DNA from: the human T2T-CHM13v2.0 reference genome, Homo sapiens
Reading direction: 5' to 3' (one strand)
Assembly: GCF_009914755.1 (NCBI RefSeq)
Contig: NC_060926.1
DNA length: 64,000 nt
Positions 1-15,867 of this stretch are shown in pieces. The notes below the pieces were generated by a model. That model was not told where the DNA came from and ran no database searches. It worked only from the letters and a program-made list of their open reading frames with translations. How positions within the stretch are numbered: the stretch's first letter is position 1; every line of letters begins with the position of its first letter. The position numbers were made by a program, and so were the translations under genes.

Positions 1-21
1 GATTACACTATCTCCCCCTTG

Positions 22-160
22 TTTTTTTTTTTTTTAGCAGAGTCTCACTCTGTCACCCAGGCTGGAGTGCGGTGGCATGGTCTCAGCTCACAGCAGCCTC
101 TGCTTTTCAGGCTCAAGCGATTCTCATGCCTCAGCCTCTTGAGTAGCTATATTATAGGAA
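22..160 (-). mobile_element. Alu right-arm fragment (AluJ/FRAM-like)
   Basis: Poly-T followed by cagagtctcactctgtcacccaggctggagtgc...ctcagcctc; homology breaks off near 160. Confidence 0.85.
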
Positions 161-1879
161 TGTAACTGGTATTATAGGAATCTAATTGTTATTCTAAGAA
201 TAGAATTTGTATTTCAGTTAATTATTTTTATTTATTTTTCCCCAAAGATGGATGAAAAATTAAATGCAATTATACTTGTATTTGTAGTCACCTATCTATA
301 CATAATTTATTGGAGACTAATCTTTCTGAAACCTAGAACTTTCTGTGAATATTCTTTGATTTTTGGCACTTAAAGATCATTTATCAAAAGAGTTCATTGC
401 CATTTGACTTGATCAACATTTAAATTAGGACTCTCCATTCATGCTAAACTTTACTTTGTAGTTGGAGGTTAGCAACACAATAAGATTTGAGAAATGTTAG
501 GCAAAGTTCTGCTCAAAATGTCCCCCCACAACCCCCACCTCCATTTGCCTCAAGTCTTGGTACGGCATCATAAGAGAGTCCTTCCTTTGGGCTAAGGCGT
601 TATCCCTCTTTGTATCTTTCATTAGAATGTTCTGGTGTCAGATTATTAGGTCAAGAAAGTAAATTTTGTGGGTTTTCCAGCTCCTAGAATATGGATTTTA
701 GGCAAATTTTGAAGACAGATTTTTTTTAAACTTAAAAATTTTCATTCTTAGTTTTGCACATATTCTGAGTACATTGTAGACACAGTGAATGGCAAGTTAG
801 AAGGTCAGAGACTGACTGAGGAAAATATCAGGCAGCAATAACATTAGTAGGTTTCATTCCTAATCTTACATATAATTTGCATATATATATCATATATAAA
901 ATATTAATTCTATACATTCAACCAAGTATAAATGGAGATTTTAGGGGACCCAGCTTGAACATTACTATAACACTGGGGCTAGACAAGGGTGAGCTGGCTG
1001 GCTGGTGGCTGAGTGCCCCAAAATTTGAAAGGACAGAAAGGCCTCAGGGAGAGGACTCATCTTAAGAGTCAAGCAGTCCAAGGCTGGCCAAGGAACAGAT
1101 CCATAGTCATCATAGGGCCTGCTTGGTATCTTGCCTGCAGGCCCAGTACTCTAGACTCTTGTGGAAAGAGAAAACAGAGTAAATATGCAGATAATTTTTT
1201 TCGCTAACTACTCCATACAATGCATTGGGAAACAGGGCAATACTGTGTCTGCCCTCCTGTGCTTCCATATCAATGCCATGTAGCTTGGTGCTGTGGGGCT
1301 GCAACACATTAGTGGTGGTGCCTGTTGAAAACATTGGAAATGCCTGGAAGAAGCAATGGCACCTGATGGATGTGGAGTATTCAGCAGAGAAAAGATGAAG
1401 AGAAGGAAAAATAGTGGGTGTCACATAGTCTGTGATTGGAATAGCTTGGCAGTTCATGGAAGAAATTTCTTAGAGCCTTCCAGTAATTTTTAGGGGTTCT
1501 TTGTAGAAAGCTGTGGTTCTGAACATGGAGAGAAAGGTCAGGAAAATATGGCTAAGTGATGGAATTTTTGTGGCATAATTTCAAACTGGAAGCTGGTAGG
1601 ATCCTTTGGAAATAGGGATTATGTACACATGTATTTATGAATAACTTTATAGAGCCATTCATTCCTTCAACATTTATTCAGTGTTTTGTAAATGCGGAAA
1701 ATCATGCTAGAAGTATTTTTTAAAAACAGTAGTTTCACAATGAAAAGTGTTGAAAATAAACCTCTATCAGATTTTCTTTGCTGGTGAAACAGGATAGACG
1801 TATCTTTTCCTCAGGAAGCTAGTGGAGTTACCTTTTAAATGGTAACTTTTGGGAAACTGTACAGAGAGCTATCTAAGAT

Positions 1880-2010
1880 TGCAGGCCCTGGAGTCAGGCT
1901 GCCTTCTTTGAAGCAAGCTCTGTCCCCATACTTGCTGTGTGGTCATGGGTAAGTTACTCAATGTTTCTGGGCCTCAGTGTTCTCATCCTTTGAAGGGGAA
2001 ATTAATAGAG
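1880..2010 (+). mobile_element. MIR fragment, apparently split by an LTR16-like insert (MIR-like sequence resumes ~2431-2480)
   Basis: ctggagtcaggctgcc...gtgtggtcatgggtaagttactcaatgtttctgggcctcagtgttctcatc resembles the MIR core. Confidence 0.65.
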
Positions 2011-2044
2011 AAGTTAAATTGGATCACCTGGTGTAGATGCTGTA

Positions 2045-2430
2045 GATGTACCACCTAAAGCCATTGAGTCTGCCTATTTCATGTCTGCAGATCAACTCCC
2101 ACTAATCCCTGTCTATATCTCTTTGTCAGGCTTTATCCAAAGCTGTTGAAGGCTGCACCTTTGAGGTGCTAGGGAATGAATGCCCAAGGAGCATCTCCCA
2201 AATCATGACCGAAGGGAATTGGTAGATAAATACCCATGTTTTATGTGGGATTAAGCTTCAGTTTCCTGGAGTGATAACTGGCTTGATAATGCACACACTC
2301 GTTCTTGGCTTCCTTCCCTTCCCTGTCTCATCTCTCTACCTCTTTTCTAGTTTTCACTACATCTTGCAAATTAACAACTTGCCCTTGAATCTTTGTTAGA
2401 GTCTTTTTCTGAGGAACTCAAACCAAGATA
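2045..2430 (+). mobile_element. LTR16-like ERVL solo LTR
   Basis: gggaattggtagataaataccc, cttccttcccttccctgtctca and the 3' end ttctgaggaactcaaaccaagata resemble LTR16; left boundary approximate. Confidence 0.6.
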
Positions 2431-3214
2431 TAATTCACGTAAAGGATTTAGCACATAGCAAACACTAAAAAATACAACAAAGCAAACACTATGTTATTAC
2501 TATTGGATGACCTCTTACTTTTCCTGTTTCATCTCAAAAGTTCTGGATTGTTGAATATCATGAAGCAATGCACTGCCCTTTTGAATGCTTAATCTTTTTT
2601 TCCAAGCTCTTAATTGTCATGGTATACATAAGAAAAAAAATTATTTGAGATAAAATCATAGCGCCTGTGAGAGGCTGTTCCCCAAGCCACAGTTTTTGTT
2701 ACATAATGTTTTCCCTGTGGATCTCTGGATATTTCAGTGAGTAACCAATGAACTCCATCCTATTTATATATCTGTATAAATTTAGCTGTTTACAGGATGT
2801 TTGCCTGATTAATGAATGGAGAAGGATGAATAACGGAAATATACCAATAATAATATGATAATGACATCAAAGTATACTTGTGTTATGACATGAATATTAA
2901 AGGTCAGGCAGTTCTAGGAATTCTAAATTCATCTTAAAGGACATTTCAGTCTTTAACTAATGGAAAGGTGAACTTCAAACATACTGACCTTGGGTTTTTG
3001 TTTTGACTATTAGTTTTGATGTGGATGCATTTGAAATTCACAGGAACAGAGGTTCTTCTTTGTCATTGATTAGTGCTTCTCCAAGTGAAGACTCTTTTGG
3101 ATGGATTTTATTTGTGTTTTCTTCTTGAAAGAAATATAAAGAAATAAGCATCATGCATTAGGGTATTTGAAATATAAGACTTGTGACGCTTGTCTATATA
3201 TTTTATTTAACAAA

Positions 3215-3420
3215 TTGGTTAAGATTATGGGCTCTGGAGTCAGGCAGTCTGAGATCAAATTGTGGTTCTACAACTAGCAAAATACTTGATTTTGGTCAAG
3301 TTGCTCCATGTGTCTACTAAGCCTTCAATCTAAAATTAAAATTGTGCCAGCATCATGAGGCCATCGTGATGGTGTGTCTGGCACACGGTTAGCACTCCAT
3401 TAGTCTTACCTACTGCTATT
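3215..3420 (+). mobile_element. MIR
   Basis: tggttaagattatgggctctggagtcaggcag...ctggcacacggttagcactcc. Confidence 0.6.
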
Positions 3421-3911
3421 CCTTTTAAAGGGATTCTTTTTCTTCTACCTTTTCTCCTTTGAAATGGAGAAAAATCAATGGTGTGAAGGGTTTACAAATC
3501 TTCTAAAGTTTTGTGCACATAAAACAATGTGTTAATGTCTGTCTCCAAATGTAAGTCCTTATATTTTTTGTGTCAATGTTGATTGAGGAGGTACCACATT
3601 TTATTTCCTCATGGAAGAGCTTTTTGTACACAAGGAGCCACATTTAGAATCTGGATCCTCCGTTTAATGGCTTTTATAATACATTTTCCAGTATTACAGT
3701 GTCCTATGGACCCATTCATTTTTTATTAGAAACTTAAAGAGGTAAGAGCTATTATCCTTGTTTAAAGTCAGAAAGGCAAATGAATATCTCCAGCAAGAAT
3801 TTACTAATGTTTTGTCAGTCTGCATTTATTTTTCTGCTGAAATGTTTTTCCCCTAAATTTTTCTCCTAATCCTTGCTTTTCAAACAATTAATGATGTTTT
3901 TTTTAAAAAAA

Positions 3912-4029
3912 TCTTTCTCTTTTCTTTTCTTTTTTTCTCTTCTTCTTTCTCTCTGCTTGTGCCTTTCTTCTTTTTTCTCCATCAACCCACCCTTCTGCCC
4001 CTCTCTCTCTCTCTCTCCTCCTACCTCCC

Positions 4030-4060
<31 letters not shown>

Positions 4061-4090
4061 CTCTCTCTCTTCCCCCCTCTCTATGATTTC
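3912..4090. repeat. CT-rich polypyrimidine / (TC)n low-complexity tract
   Basis: About 180 bp of almost pure C/T; it produces the spurious SL-rich and RE-rich ORFs. Confidence 0.95.
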
Positions 4091-4164
4091 CCTGTTGTCT
4101 CATTCTTATTAGAAAACCAAAAAAACTTTGGAGGAATATTATTTTAAAAGTGTATTGGGAAATA

Positions 4165-4481
4165 CACCCAGGCATGGTGGCTCACACCTGTAATCCCTTT
4201 GGGAGGCCGAGACGGGTGGATCACCTGAGGTCAGGAGTTTGAGACCAGCCTGGCCAACATGGTGAAGCCCCATCTCTACTAAAAATTACAAAAATTAGCT
4301 GCACATGGTGGGGAGTGCCTGTAGTCCCAGTTGCTCAGGAGGCCAAGGCAGGAGAATTGATTGAACCTGGGAGGCAGAGGTTGCAGTGAGCCGAGATCAT
4401 GCCACTGCCCTCCAGCTTGGGCGACAGAGCAAGACTCCATCTCCAAAAAAAAAAAAAAAAAAGAAAGAGAGAAAAAAAAGA
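4165..4481 (+). mobile_element. AluS with 19-bp TSD
   Basis: Full dimer plus A tail; aaaagtgtattgggaaata (4146-4164) / aaaagtatattgggaaata (4482-4500); small deletion in the left arm (taatccc-tttgggagg). Confidence 0.95.
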
Positions 4482-5429
4482 AAAAGTATATTGGGAAATA
4501 GATATTCAATATCTTTCATGGGTCAAGAAAGTGGTGTCATTTTAGGCATGCTCCAGCACTCCTAAATAATAGGGATTATTTGGTAAGAGACATCAGAGAC
4601 TCATAAAGTTATTTAGACTGTTACATAGAAGAGAACAATGAAAAGAAAATTTTTATCCCTGCCATTGAGGAAGGGAAGCCTAATTATAGCCTAATTATAG
4701 AAGGTGATTTAAAGATAGACACACTTAATATCTTTTTTATCCTCTACAGAAAGATCAGAGATGAATTATTGACTGGGGACTGATTTGGTTTTGAAGGAAT
4801 GAGAAATCATTAAATCATGTTGATTTAAATACCTTATTTTTTCCAGTTATTCTGTAAGAAGAAGGAACACACTTCTTACAGAATATCTGGAAAACAAGGC
4901 CTTTAAATTAGCAGGATCTGGTGACCTAATCCCTGAATTTTTCTAACATTTTCAGAGACCACAGCCAATATTTCTGAGAAATTGTGGAAAGGGATTGATG
5001 TCTCTCCAGACTAGCAAAGAGAAAAGAATAAAACTTATGTTATAAGACTTACATGTTTGAGGAAAGAAAGAGATTAGTATTGAATGGTGTAGTATGAATT
5101 TCTGAAAGACACCAAAAGAATATATCAAACAATAAATTAACCATTACTTGCAGAGGCATAGATGATTAGAAATAAAAAAGAATACAACTTTGGCATTAGT
5201 AAATCTTTCCAAAGTTAAGTAGCTATTTCTGCTGTACTAATGCAGACAAGGGTAGAGTGGAAGATACACTGCCTCAATTTCTCTATTGCTTTTGGGGTCT
5301 CATCAATTACCCAGTTAAGTGATTCTGGGATATTGATGGTGCTTGTGAAGGTAGCAGCACATCTGATTTTCAAGATGCATGGTTACTTACTGTTTACATG
5401 TGATATTTTTTTCCTCCATAATTGGAGCA

Positions 5430-5556
5430 CGAATGCCTGATGTTCAATTAAATCATATCAGCTTCATCAGAATTTCTGGGAATGGGGTTTAGACATCTGT
5501 AGTTTTTTTAAGCTGCTTTGGTGGTTCTGTTGCCCAGAGAGGGTTGAGAGCTACTG
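5430..5556. mobile_element. MER5-type hAT-Charlie fragment
   Basis: atcagaatttctgggaatgggg...catctgtagtttttttaagc...gggttgagagctactg. Confidence 0.55.
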
Positions 5557-5825
5557 TCTGTGATGAAAGGTACTGCTGCTCTAACCCCACAGAGTGGGAC
5601 CAGACTAGAGACTTCATCTACCAATTGAATATTTCCTCACAGCCCCGTATGCTTTTCCTGCCTTCTGCCTTCTAATGGCATTCCTGTGCCTACAAAGTCA
5701 CCTATTTTTTCCTGAGATGTCCATGTCTCATGTATCCTTCAAGCCCCAGCTCGGTTTTATCTCTCTCATGAAGCTTCCCTGACAGTCCTAGCTCTTACTG
5801 GGCAGCCCTCTTTCACCCTCAACAT

Positions 5826-6000
5826 CAGTAGCCCCACTAAGCAAAATGTGATGCATAAACCAGTAACGTAAAACTTCGCATGGAAGCTTGTTAGAAATGT
5901 AGAGTCTCAGGCACCAGCCTCAGACTCAATGAATCAAAAACTGCCTTTTAACCAGACTCCCAGAGGACTGGTGTGCCCTTTAAGGTTTGAGAAGCTCTGG
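5826..6000. mobile_element. MER5A-type hAT-Charlie element
   Basis: ggaagcttgttagaaatgtagagtctcaggc...tttaaccagactcccagagg...taaggtttgagaagctctg. Confidence 0.65.
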
Positions 6001-6234
6001 TCCGCAGCACGAACATGGCTTAGCCCTTCCTTGTAGGTTGTCTTATTCCTAACTGATTTGCCTGTTCATCTCATCTTCTCAAATGGATTAAATGTTCCTT
6101 GGTGAAAAGGAACACCTCTTGGAGTTCCTTTGCACCCTTCTATTACGTTCTGTACATGGACATGCAATGGCTGATAACAATAGATACATTTACTGAGTGC
6201 AGATTATGTGTCAGGTACACTATCAAATGCTTTA

Positions 6235-6677
<443 letters not shown>

Positions 6678-7194
6678 TTAGAAAGTGGCAGAATTGGAAT
6701 TTAAAGCCAGGGTTCTTAACCACTGTGTAAACTGCAATATGCACTTAATAAATTGTTTAGTGATTCAAGGCTTAGGAAAAGGTGACATTGATTTAAAAGT
6801 CCTTTGGCTTTTACTTAGAAATGTAGAGCCAACAGACAGAGATCCAGTGCCCCATTTAGAATATTTGGCAGGTTTATAAATATTGTTTCAGGCAACAGCT
6901 CTTCTCCCATCTTGTTTAGCTTTCATGGTAGTGTGTTATCACATCCTTCACCTGGATTCTCTTGTTTAGCCTAAACAAGTTTCTAGCATTAATCGCATTT
7001 GTATTATTTAAGATGGCAAGACTCAACCTGACTTCTATTATTGTTCCTCTCTTAGTCGGCTTTAGCTAAATAGGAGCTAGTCTGATTTTGGTAAAGGCAG
7101 CTGGAAGTGGGGGTGGGTGTATCTCTCTTCTAATTTCTGTTGTCTTTGTTATTGTGACTACAGCAGCAGTAGATCAGAGCATGGACTTTGGTAG

Positions 7195-7666
<472 letters not shown>

Positions 7667-8459
7667 TAATCTACTTACTAACTCTAAGTAAACTTCTGGT
7701 AGAAGGCAGGTCACCAGATTGTAAGCCACCCAAAGGCACTACTTGCTTCTTGGTATATTGCACAGGCTAAGACACCTATTAGGTGGTTGTTTGGAAATCT
7801 TGGTTGGATGTTTTATGATCAAGATTGGAGACAATAAGTCATAAAAACATGTTTTCCTCTTTATTATCTCTTTTATCCATAAGTTAGTACCAAGAAAAGT
7901 TTGACCAATGATGAAGGCAGGGCTCCCTGGGAAGCTTCAGGCAGGTAGGGATTGGTTTACCTGGTTCCCTCCTAGACCATCCTACACAGTGTACCCAGCA
8001 CCTGTATGTGATGGCATACAGTAGGAGAGGTATCTTTTGACTGACTAGCTTTGCAGGCAATGAGCTTGACGTGACTGCAATCCTAAAGTCAGTGGCGGAC
8101 AAGCACTGTGGCAACAGAATATAGTGAAAACCAGATGTGAGATTGTGCTCTCACAGTCTCATTATTGTCCTAGAAATTAATGAACTTGGAGAATATTTCT
8201 GAGTTTTAGTAGCTAGGGCACCAGATAACAAGCACACAAAATGTACAGTATAGCTGGATGCCTCATTAATGCTGTAAAGCGAATAATGCATACGTTACCT
8301 CAACAGGTTATTGTGTAGGATTGCTAATTAATGTCAGTTATGAACTTTGGAGCTACTGAAAGTACTGAATTGCTGTGTTATTTGTTAGGAATAATTTGAT
8401 TCAGTTGTATTTTGACTCTTGGTGTTTAGGATAGAGTATCCAATGCCCTCAGAATTCCC

Positions 8460-8778
<319 letters not shown>

Positions 8779-8842
8779 TAGAATTTCATTTCTAAACTTT
8801 TTCTAGATGAGTCAAGTTAGACCTTTAGAGAAGTTGAAATTG

Positions 8843-9179
<337 letters not shown>

Positions 9180-10052
9180 TCACATATTATATGTGGTAAA
9201 GGGATAAGAACACTGGCTTGGGAGCCCAGACACCTGCATTTGGTTTTAGTTCTCCAACCAAATCATCCTGGGTAACATTCAAGATGTAACATCCCAGAGT
9301 TTCAGCTTATTAGGACTGATCATTACTACCAACTAAGTTTAATATTTATTCAGTTTCAATACTCATTAGTTGTTTTGATTAATAACATCTTGCTATGATT
9401 TATCCTGTACTGCTCATAAGCAACAAACAAATAGATACCATTTTAAAATCACTGAAAGAGTTTAGAAGGATTAACAATAGAATATAAGGTATTTTTGGGA
9501 TTTAAAAATAAATACTAGCCTTGTATTGGCAAAATACCCCTTTAAACCCATGTGGCACTGTTATTTTACTTGATAATTGGTTCTGTTTAAAATTTACAAC
9601 ATGTTTGAGTGAAGAAATCCTTGATTATTATTCCTCATTCAAATACCTGTACATTTTGTGCTAGACTGAGTAGAAAGGAATATGAGTTTTATTTCATCTA
9701 CTGTGTGTCTACTCCTTTGGGGAAGACAGGGTACTAACAATTATGGGCTGGTAAATATTTCAACTTGTTTCCAAGACTGCGGTAAGTAGTACAAAACTAC
9801 AAGGCTCAAGGAAAAATTTCTAGCTGGGTAATATGTACCTTGCTCCCAATTCCATTTTAATTCAGGTGGGGTCAAGAATTGTGATAAAAATGTTAGCACT
9901 TATCTTCTAACAGAAAAACAGGTTGGCTTTTTTAGTCATGCAAAATACAATTTTGAACTTCTGCAGAATGTTCTGAAAAAATGTGAGGTTATTTAGTTTA
10001 CTCAAAATTTATTTCTACCTACTTCTAAAATGGATTTGAGGTGACTAAGGTA

Positions 10053-10940
10053 CAGTGAGTCCTCACTTAACGTCACTCATATGTGCTTAGAATCTGGAAT
10101 TTTAAGCAAAACAATGAATGAAGAAGCTGATTTTACCACAGGCTAATTATATAAACAAGAATTAAGTTACTAGGGCATATTTCTGGTTACAAAAATATAA
10201 CTAATTTTAAATAAAGATAAAAACACTTCTAATATTCAATATTAAGATAAATGTGAACCATACACATATTTAAAAAAGATGACTAAGAACACGAAAATGG
10301 TTTACCCAAGTTCTGGGAAATCAGTGAGCGAAGGCAGTCATAGTGCTGGTGGGTTAAATCAAAGAATAAATGCAGAGCAAAAATGTCAAGGATAAATATC
10401 TGCCACCATGCAACTCAAAAACAATCACACATATGGCAGGCTTACTGAACACTTTCGTTTTACATCGTTTATTGTGGTAGCTCTATAGGATTATCACATC
10501 TTTTACAAGTTTTTATTTGACAATAATTTGTATTCATTCATTCATTCTTTCATTCATTCATTTTCCTACCAGCTTACTCCAGTTCAGGGTTGTGGGTGGC
10601 TGGAGCTTATCCCGGCACTCAGGGTGCAAGGCAGGACCCAATCCTGGCCAGGACACCATTCCATCACGGGACACACTCACACACACATACACACACATGC
10701 ACACACGTACACACACACACACGCTCACTGAGACTGGGACAATGGAGACACACCAGTTCATCTAACATGCGCATCTTTGGGATGTGGGAGGAAACCAAAG
10801 TACCCAAAGAAAAGCCACGCAGACACAAGGAGGATGTGCAAACTCCACCCAGATAGTGGGCCTGGCTGGAAATCCATTTCTCCCCTCAATGTTACAACGA
10901 AATGACGTTGAACAGAATGGTGTTATTCAAGGACATGCTG
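10053..10940 (-). mobile_element. MER6 (TcMar-Tigger non-autonomous DNA transposon), full length
   Basis: TA on both sides (10051-52, 10941-42); imperfect TIRs cagtgagtcctcacttaacgtc / rc cagcatgtccttgaataacacc; internal ctttgggatgtgggaggaaacc...gtgcaaactccac core and a (CA)n tract. Confidence 0.85.
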
Positions 10941-11444
10941 TACTAACAAATTTGAGCTGCAATTGAAATTCATCGTTATTTGCTGTGCTGGAGATGATTT
11001 GGTTAATGGAAGTTTAATGGGCTAAAACTGCCCTTATTTGGTAAGGATTGAAAAGTGATTTTATTGCTCCTTCATTTTCACATGGTTTTCATCAACACTG
11101 ATGGTTCAGAAAATAAACATGAGTGCTTCTGAGACCTGCAATTTTGAGAAAGCTGAGTCCAAAGCATTAGTATTGAATTTGCATACAATGAAGTATGCAT
11201 TCATGTTAATGTGGCCCAGCTGGGTTATTTTAAATAGAAATTTGGCATCCTTGGACTAATATTCTGAAAACCTCCAGATTATAATTTATTATTATTTTAT
11301 TCAAATTTTAAAATTCAGTATATATCTCCCAGAAGGCTGATTTTTATTTAAAAGAAAAGGAAAACGGGCTGGAATTGTTTTGGGGATGTTTTATTTCCAT
11401 CTTGCCATTTAAGTGGTTAGGATAGTATGGAGTGATGGAAGAAT

Positions 11445-12368
<924 letters not shown>

Positions 12369-13661
12369 CTTATATATTGTTTCAATTTCTACAACCAAAA
12401 TGGTTGGGGCCACCAATGATGGAAAACCAGACCCATATCCCCAAACAGTCAAAAATACTTAATGGAAATTTAGGACATCCTGTGTTATTGTTTCAAAAAG
12501 CCTGGTACTCTTTCCTAAAGACCCCACTGTTCCAGGAGCTGCCCCTTTGATTATGGGAAAAAGTGAGAACTTGGACAACACAGATGTTTCCAATTTGGAG
12601 ACTGAGGAAGCCCCTGTGCCTGCATCTTATTCTGGTTCTTAAGGATCATGGGAATATGTTTTCCAGCTTCCCCCCTCCCATGATCAACGTATACACAGCA
12701 ATAAACTTTTATAGATGTACTTTATGTTAACCTCTGCCCCAACCCCAATACACATAAAAATATGTGGAATTTTCTCAGGCAATTTGGGGTAATATATTAC
12801 AAAGATTGATTTTACGTTAAAGCCCATAATAATGAAAGGTCTACCCTTCTGAATATCGATGTGATGGACAGATAAAAATGTCCTATTTCTCTGGAAAATA
12901 CATATCCTGTAAGGTAGGAAAAGTCAGAAACAAAACTGTAGGAGCTATAAGATAGAACAAGCACACTATGGCTTATTTGTAAACCTGGGACTTCAGTGTT
13001 CACATTTTGTATAAATTTTGACAGATGCTACGATCTATGTTAGGATGTTGTAATAGCTATCCCAAAATAAAATCTTTAAATAAAAAAATTAACTCAAATC
13101 TTCTCACAATCAATACTATCATATTAAAACTTCCCAGCTTAACAACGCCAACATCAAAATTATTTCCAAAGTAGCCAATGACCACTTTGATTCAGTAGCA
13201 TTCTGCATATTCCAGGGCAGTAAAAGAAAAAGGACAGTCCCTGAAAGTTGTTCCAATGGAATTTGGCTTCTTCTCAGGCTAATTTGTTCCATTTATCTTC
13301 AAGCCTAAGATCCTTGGCATAAGGTGCTAAAATACATACCAAGCTATAAGGACTAGTGATGGATAAGGGGCCTCAGGACAAAGGTATGTATTATAGTTCC
13401 ACAATAAGAAAATACACTAGGAAGACAAATCTTTCTTCCTTTCTCCCTCCACACTTATATCTAAAAACTATTTATTTTAGCATCTACTATGTGCCAGGTA
13501 CAGCCTTGGACAAAAAGAAAAAATCCACTCTCAAAGAAATTACACACTGTTAGAGGAAAAAGTAATGAGCAATACATATACTATATAAACCACATAGTGT
13601 ATTAGAAGGAGATAACTGGAAAGAAAATAGAGTGGAAAAATAGAGTGTGAGCATGAGTTAG

Positions 13662-14076
<415 letters not shown>

Positions 14077-14819
14077 TTAGACAGGAAAATGTCAACGGGA
14101 GCATATTCCAGACAGAGAGAAGAGCCTGCAGACTAGTCCCAAGGCTGAAGCAAGTCTGGAGTGTTAGAAAGACCACAAGGAGGCAAGAATGGCTCACTTG
14201 GAGTGAGCAGGGCAAAGTAACAAGTGATGAAGTCAAGAGAAAAGATGATGAGATTATCTGGGACCATGCAAGTCACTGTAATTGTGAGGTCTCCTTTGAC
14301 TGGTGTTCCAGGCCTGCAGCTTCCTTCAATACCAAATGCACCATGGTTATCTCAGACTTCATATATGCTGTTTCTGAACTTTAGATAACCTTCCCCCAGA
14401 TCAAGGTGTGGCTCGCTCTTTTCTTCATGCAGTTCTCAATTTTAATGCCACCTCCTCAGCAAGGCCTTTTCTCATCATTCTGGTCCACTGCCACACTATT
14501 GCACTTTAGTTTATAAAATTATAACAGTCAACAATAAGAAAATCCATGTATTATGCAAGTAACTAGTGGCTTCCATGTAAAGAAACCTGCTCCCTCTATC
14601 AAGGTACTCTTATTCTTTCTCACCGAGTGGAATCTACAAGCTGCATAGCAGTTTCCTTCCAATTATAAAGTAATGGTGGCCAGGGACTTTGGCCTTGAGT
14701 AGTTTTGCTAAGGAAGCTGGATCTGAGCCAAAAGAGGCTGTGGAGACCAGCCCATCTTACCTTCTTGGTGGAAAATCACTGAAAGATCTTTGATTTCTGG
14801 TGTTTTTCAATGCCAGCAT

Positions 14820-15216
14820 TGTGGTTAAGATATCTTCACTCATTTTCTGATAACAGAACTCTGATTTCCTCCACTGGCCATTGGCCCAGTGATAGGTTTG
14901 AGGATGAACACATGGCCCAGGTTGCACTAATTGAGGCTGCCACTGGAACTTGCCTGCTAGAGTCATCAGGGAGGGTGCTTCCTTTCTGGTTGATCTGCTA
15001 AGTTGTGCACTGGGTTATTAGTGTCCATAGTGCTTACCATATGGAAAAATCTTCCCTAAGAGGTAGTGAGAGAGATCAAGACCTGGTGGCACCATATGGG
15101 ACCTTGATCCTGCTGTATCTGAGTCAGTTGTGCTCTTGGACTTTGTAGTGATAAGAGCCATGATTACACTAATTTGAGTTAGATTACTTTCCCTCAGAGT
15201 TGAAAGAGTCTTAATA
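14820..15216 (+). mobile_element. Old MLT1 (J/K-like) MaLR LTR
   Basis: taacagaactctgatttc near the 5' end; ggcccagtgataggtttgaggatgaacacatggcccagg; 3' end ttgaaagagtcttaata. Confidence 0.55.
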
Positions 15217-15867
15217 GTGCAGATATCATCTAGTTTCTACTCTCTTTTTCAATAAGTAATAATTCCCATTGCTTCCTAACCACTATGGGATTCAGAGGCT
15301 AGCTAGGCCCTTGCAAACAGGCCTTCTGTGGTTTTAAATTCACTTCTCATATATCTCACACTGTAGGCCATTGTGGGCTGGGAATTCTATTTGTTGTTGT
15401 TTCTTCTCCAGTAAATGGAAGATGTTATTTTCTTCTCCAACTTACATATCCTTATTTCTAGTTTAATTATACTGAAGATCCCCCAAAGATCTTGGAAAAT
15501 TAAATCAGGCGTACGTGCAAAATTTCCAGTTCCATTAAGAAGGTCCTAGAGAGTCAATTCCTTCATAGTCTCTTGTTTTTCTTAAAATGATATTTTTTCT
15601 AGTTAAAAAATGATTCCACTCCACATCTAAAAGCTGCTGATGTTATTAGGCATTTAGAACAAGTCAGGAGGAAAAATGGGCTTCTAGGAGGATGTTTCTC
15701 TTCACTTGTTTTCTGTTTTGCTTTTTCTTTTTCCTGGCATCACAGACCATGAAGGCCACAACATCTGTTACCCAGGAATACACAGAAACAACCTAGTCTC
15801 CAAAGTAGCATCTATTATCAGCATCTTTCTATTGCTGATGAGTATCAGGGGTTTCCAGAAAGCCACA

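Noticed and set aside
1110-1457. 115-aa minus-strand ORF
   Set aside because: No motif, codon or splice support; length is compatible with chance.
3873-4175. SL-rich and RE/K-rich ORFs resembling membrane or basic proteins
   Set aside because: They are translations of the (TC)n tract.
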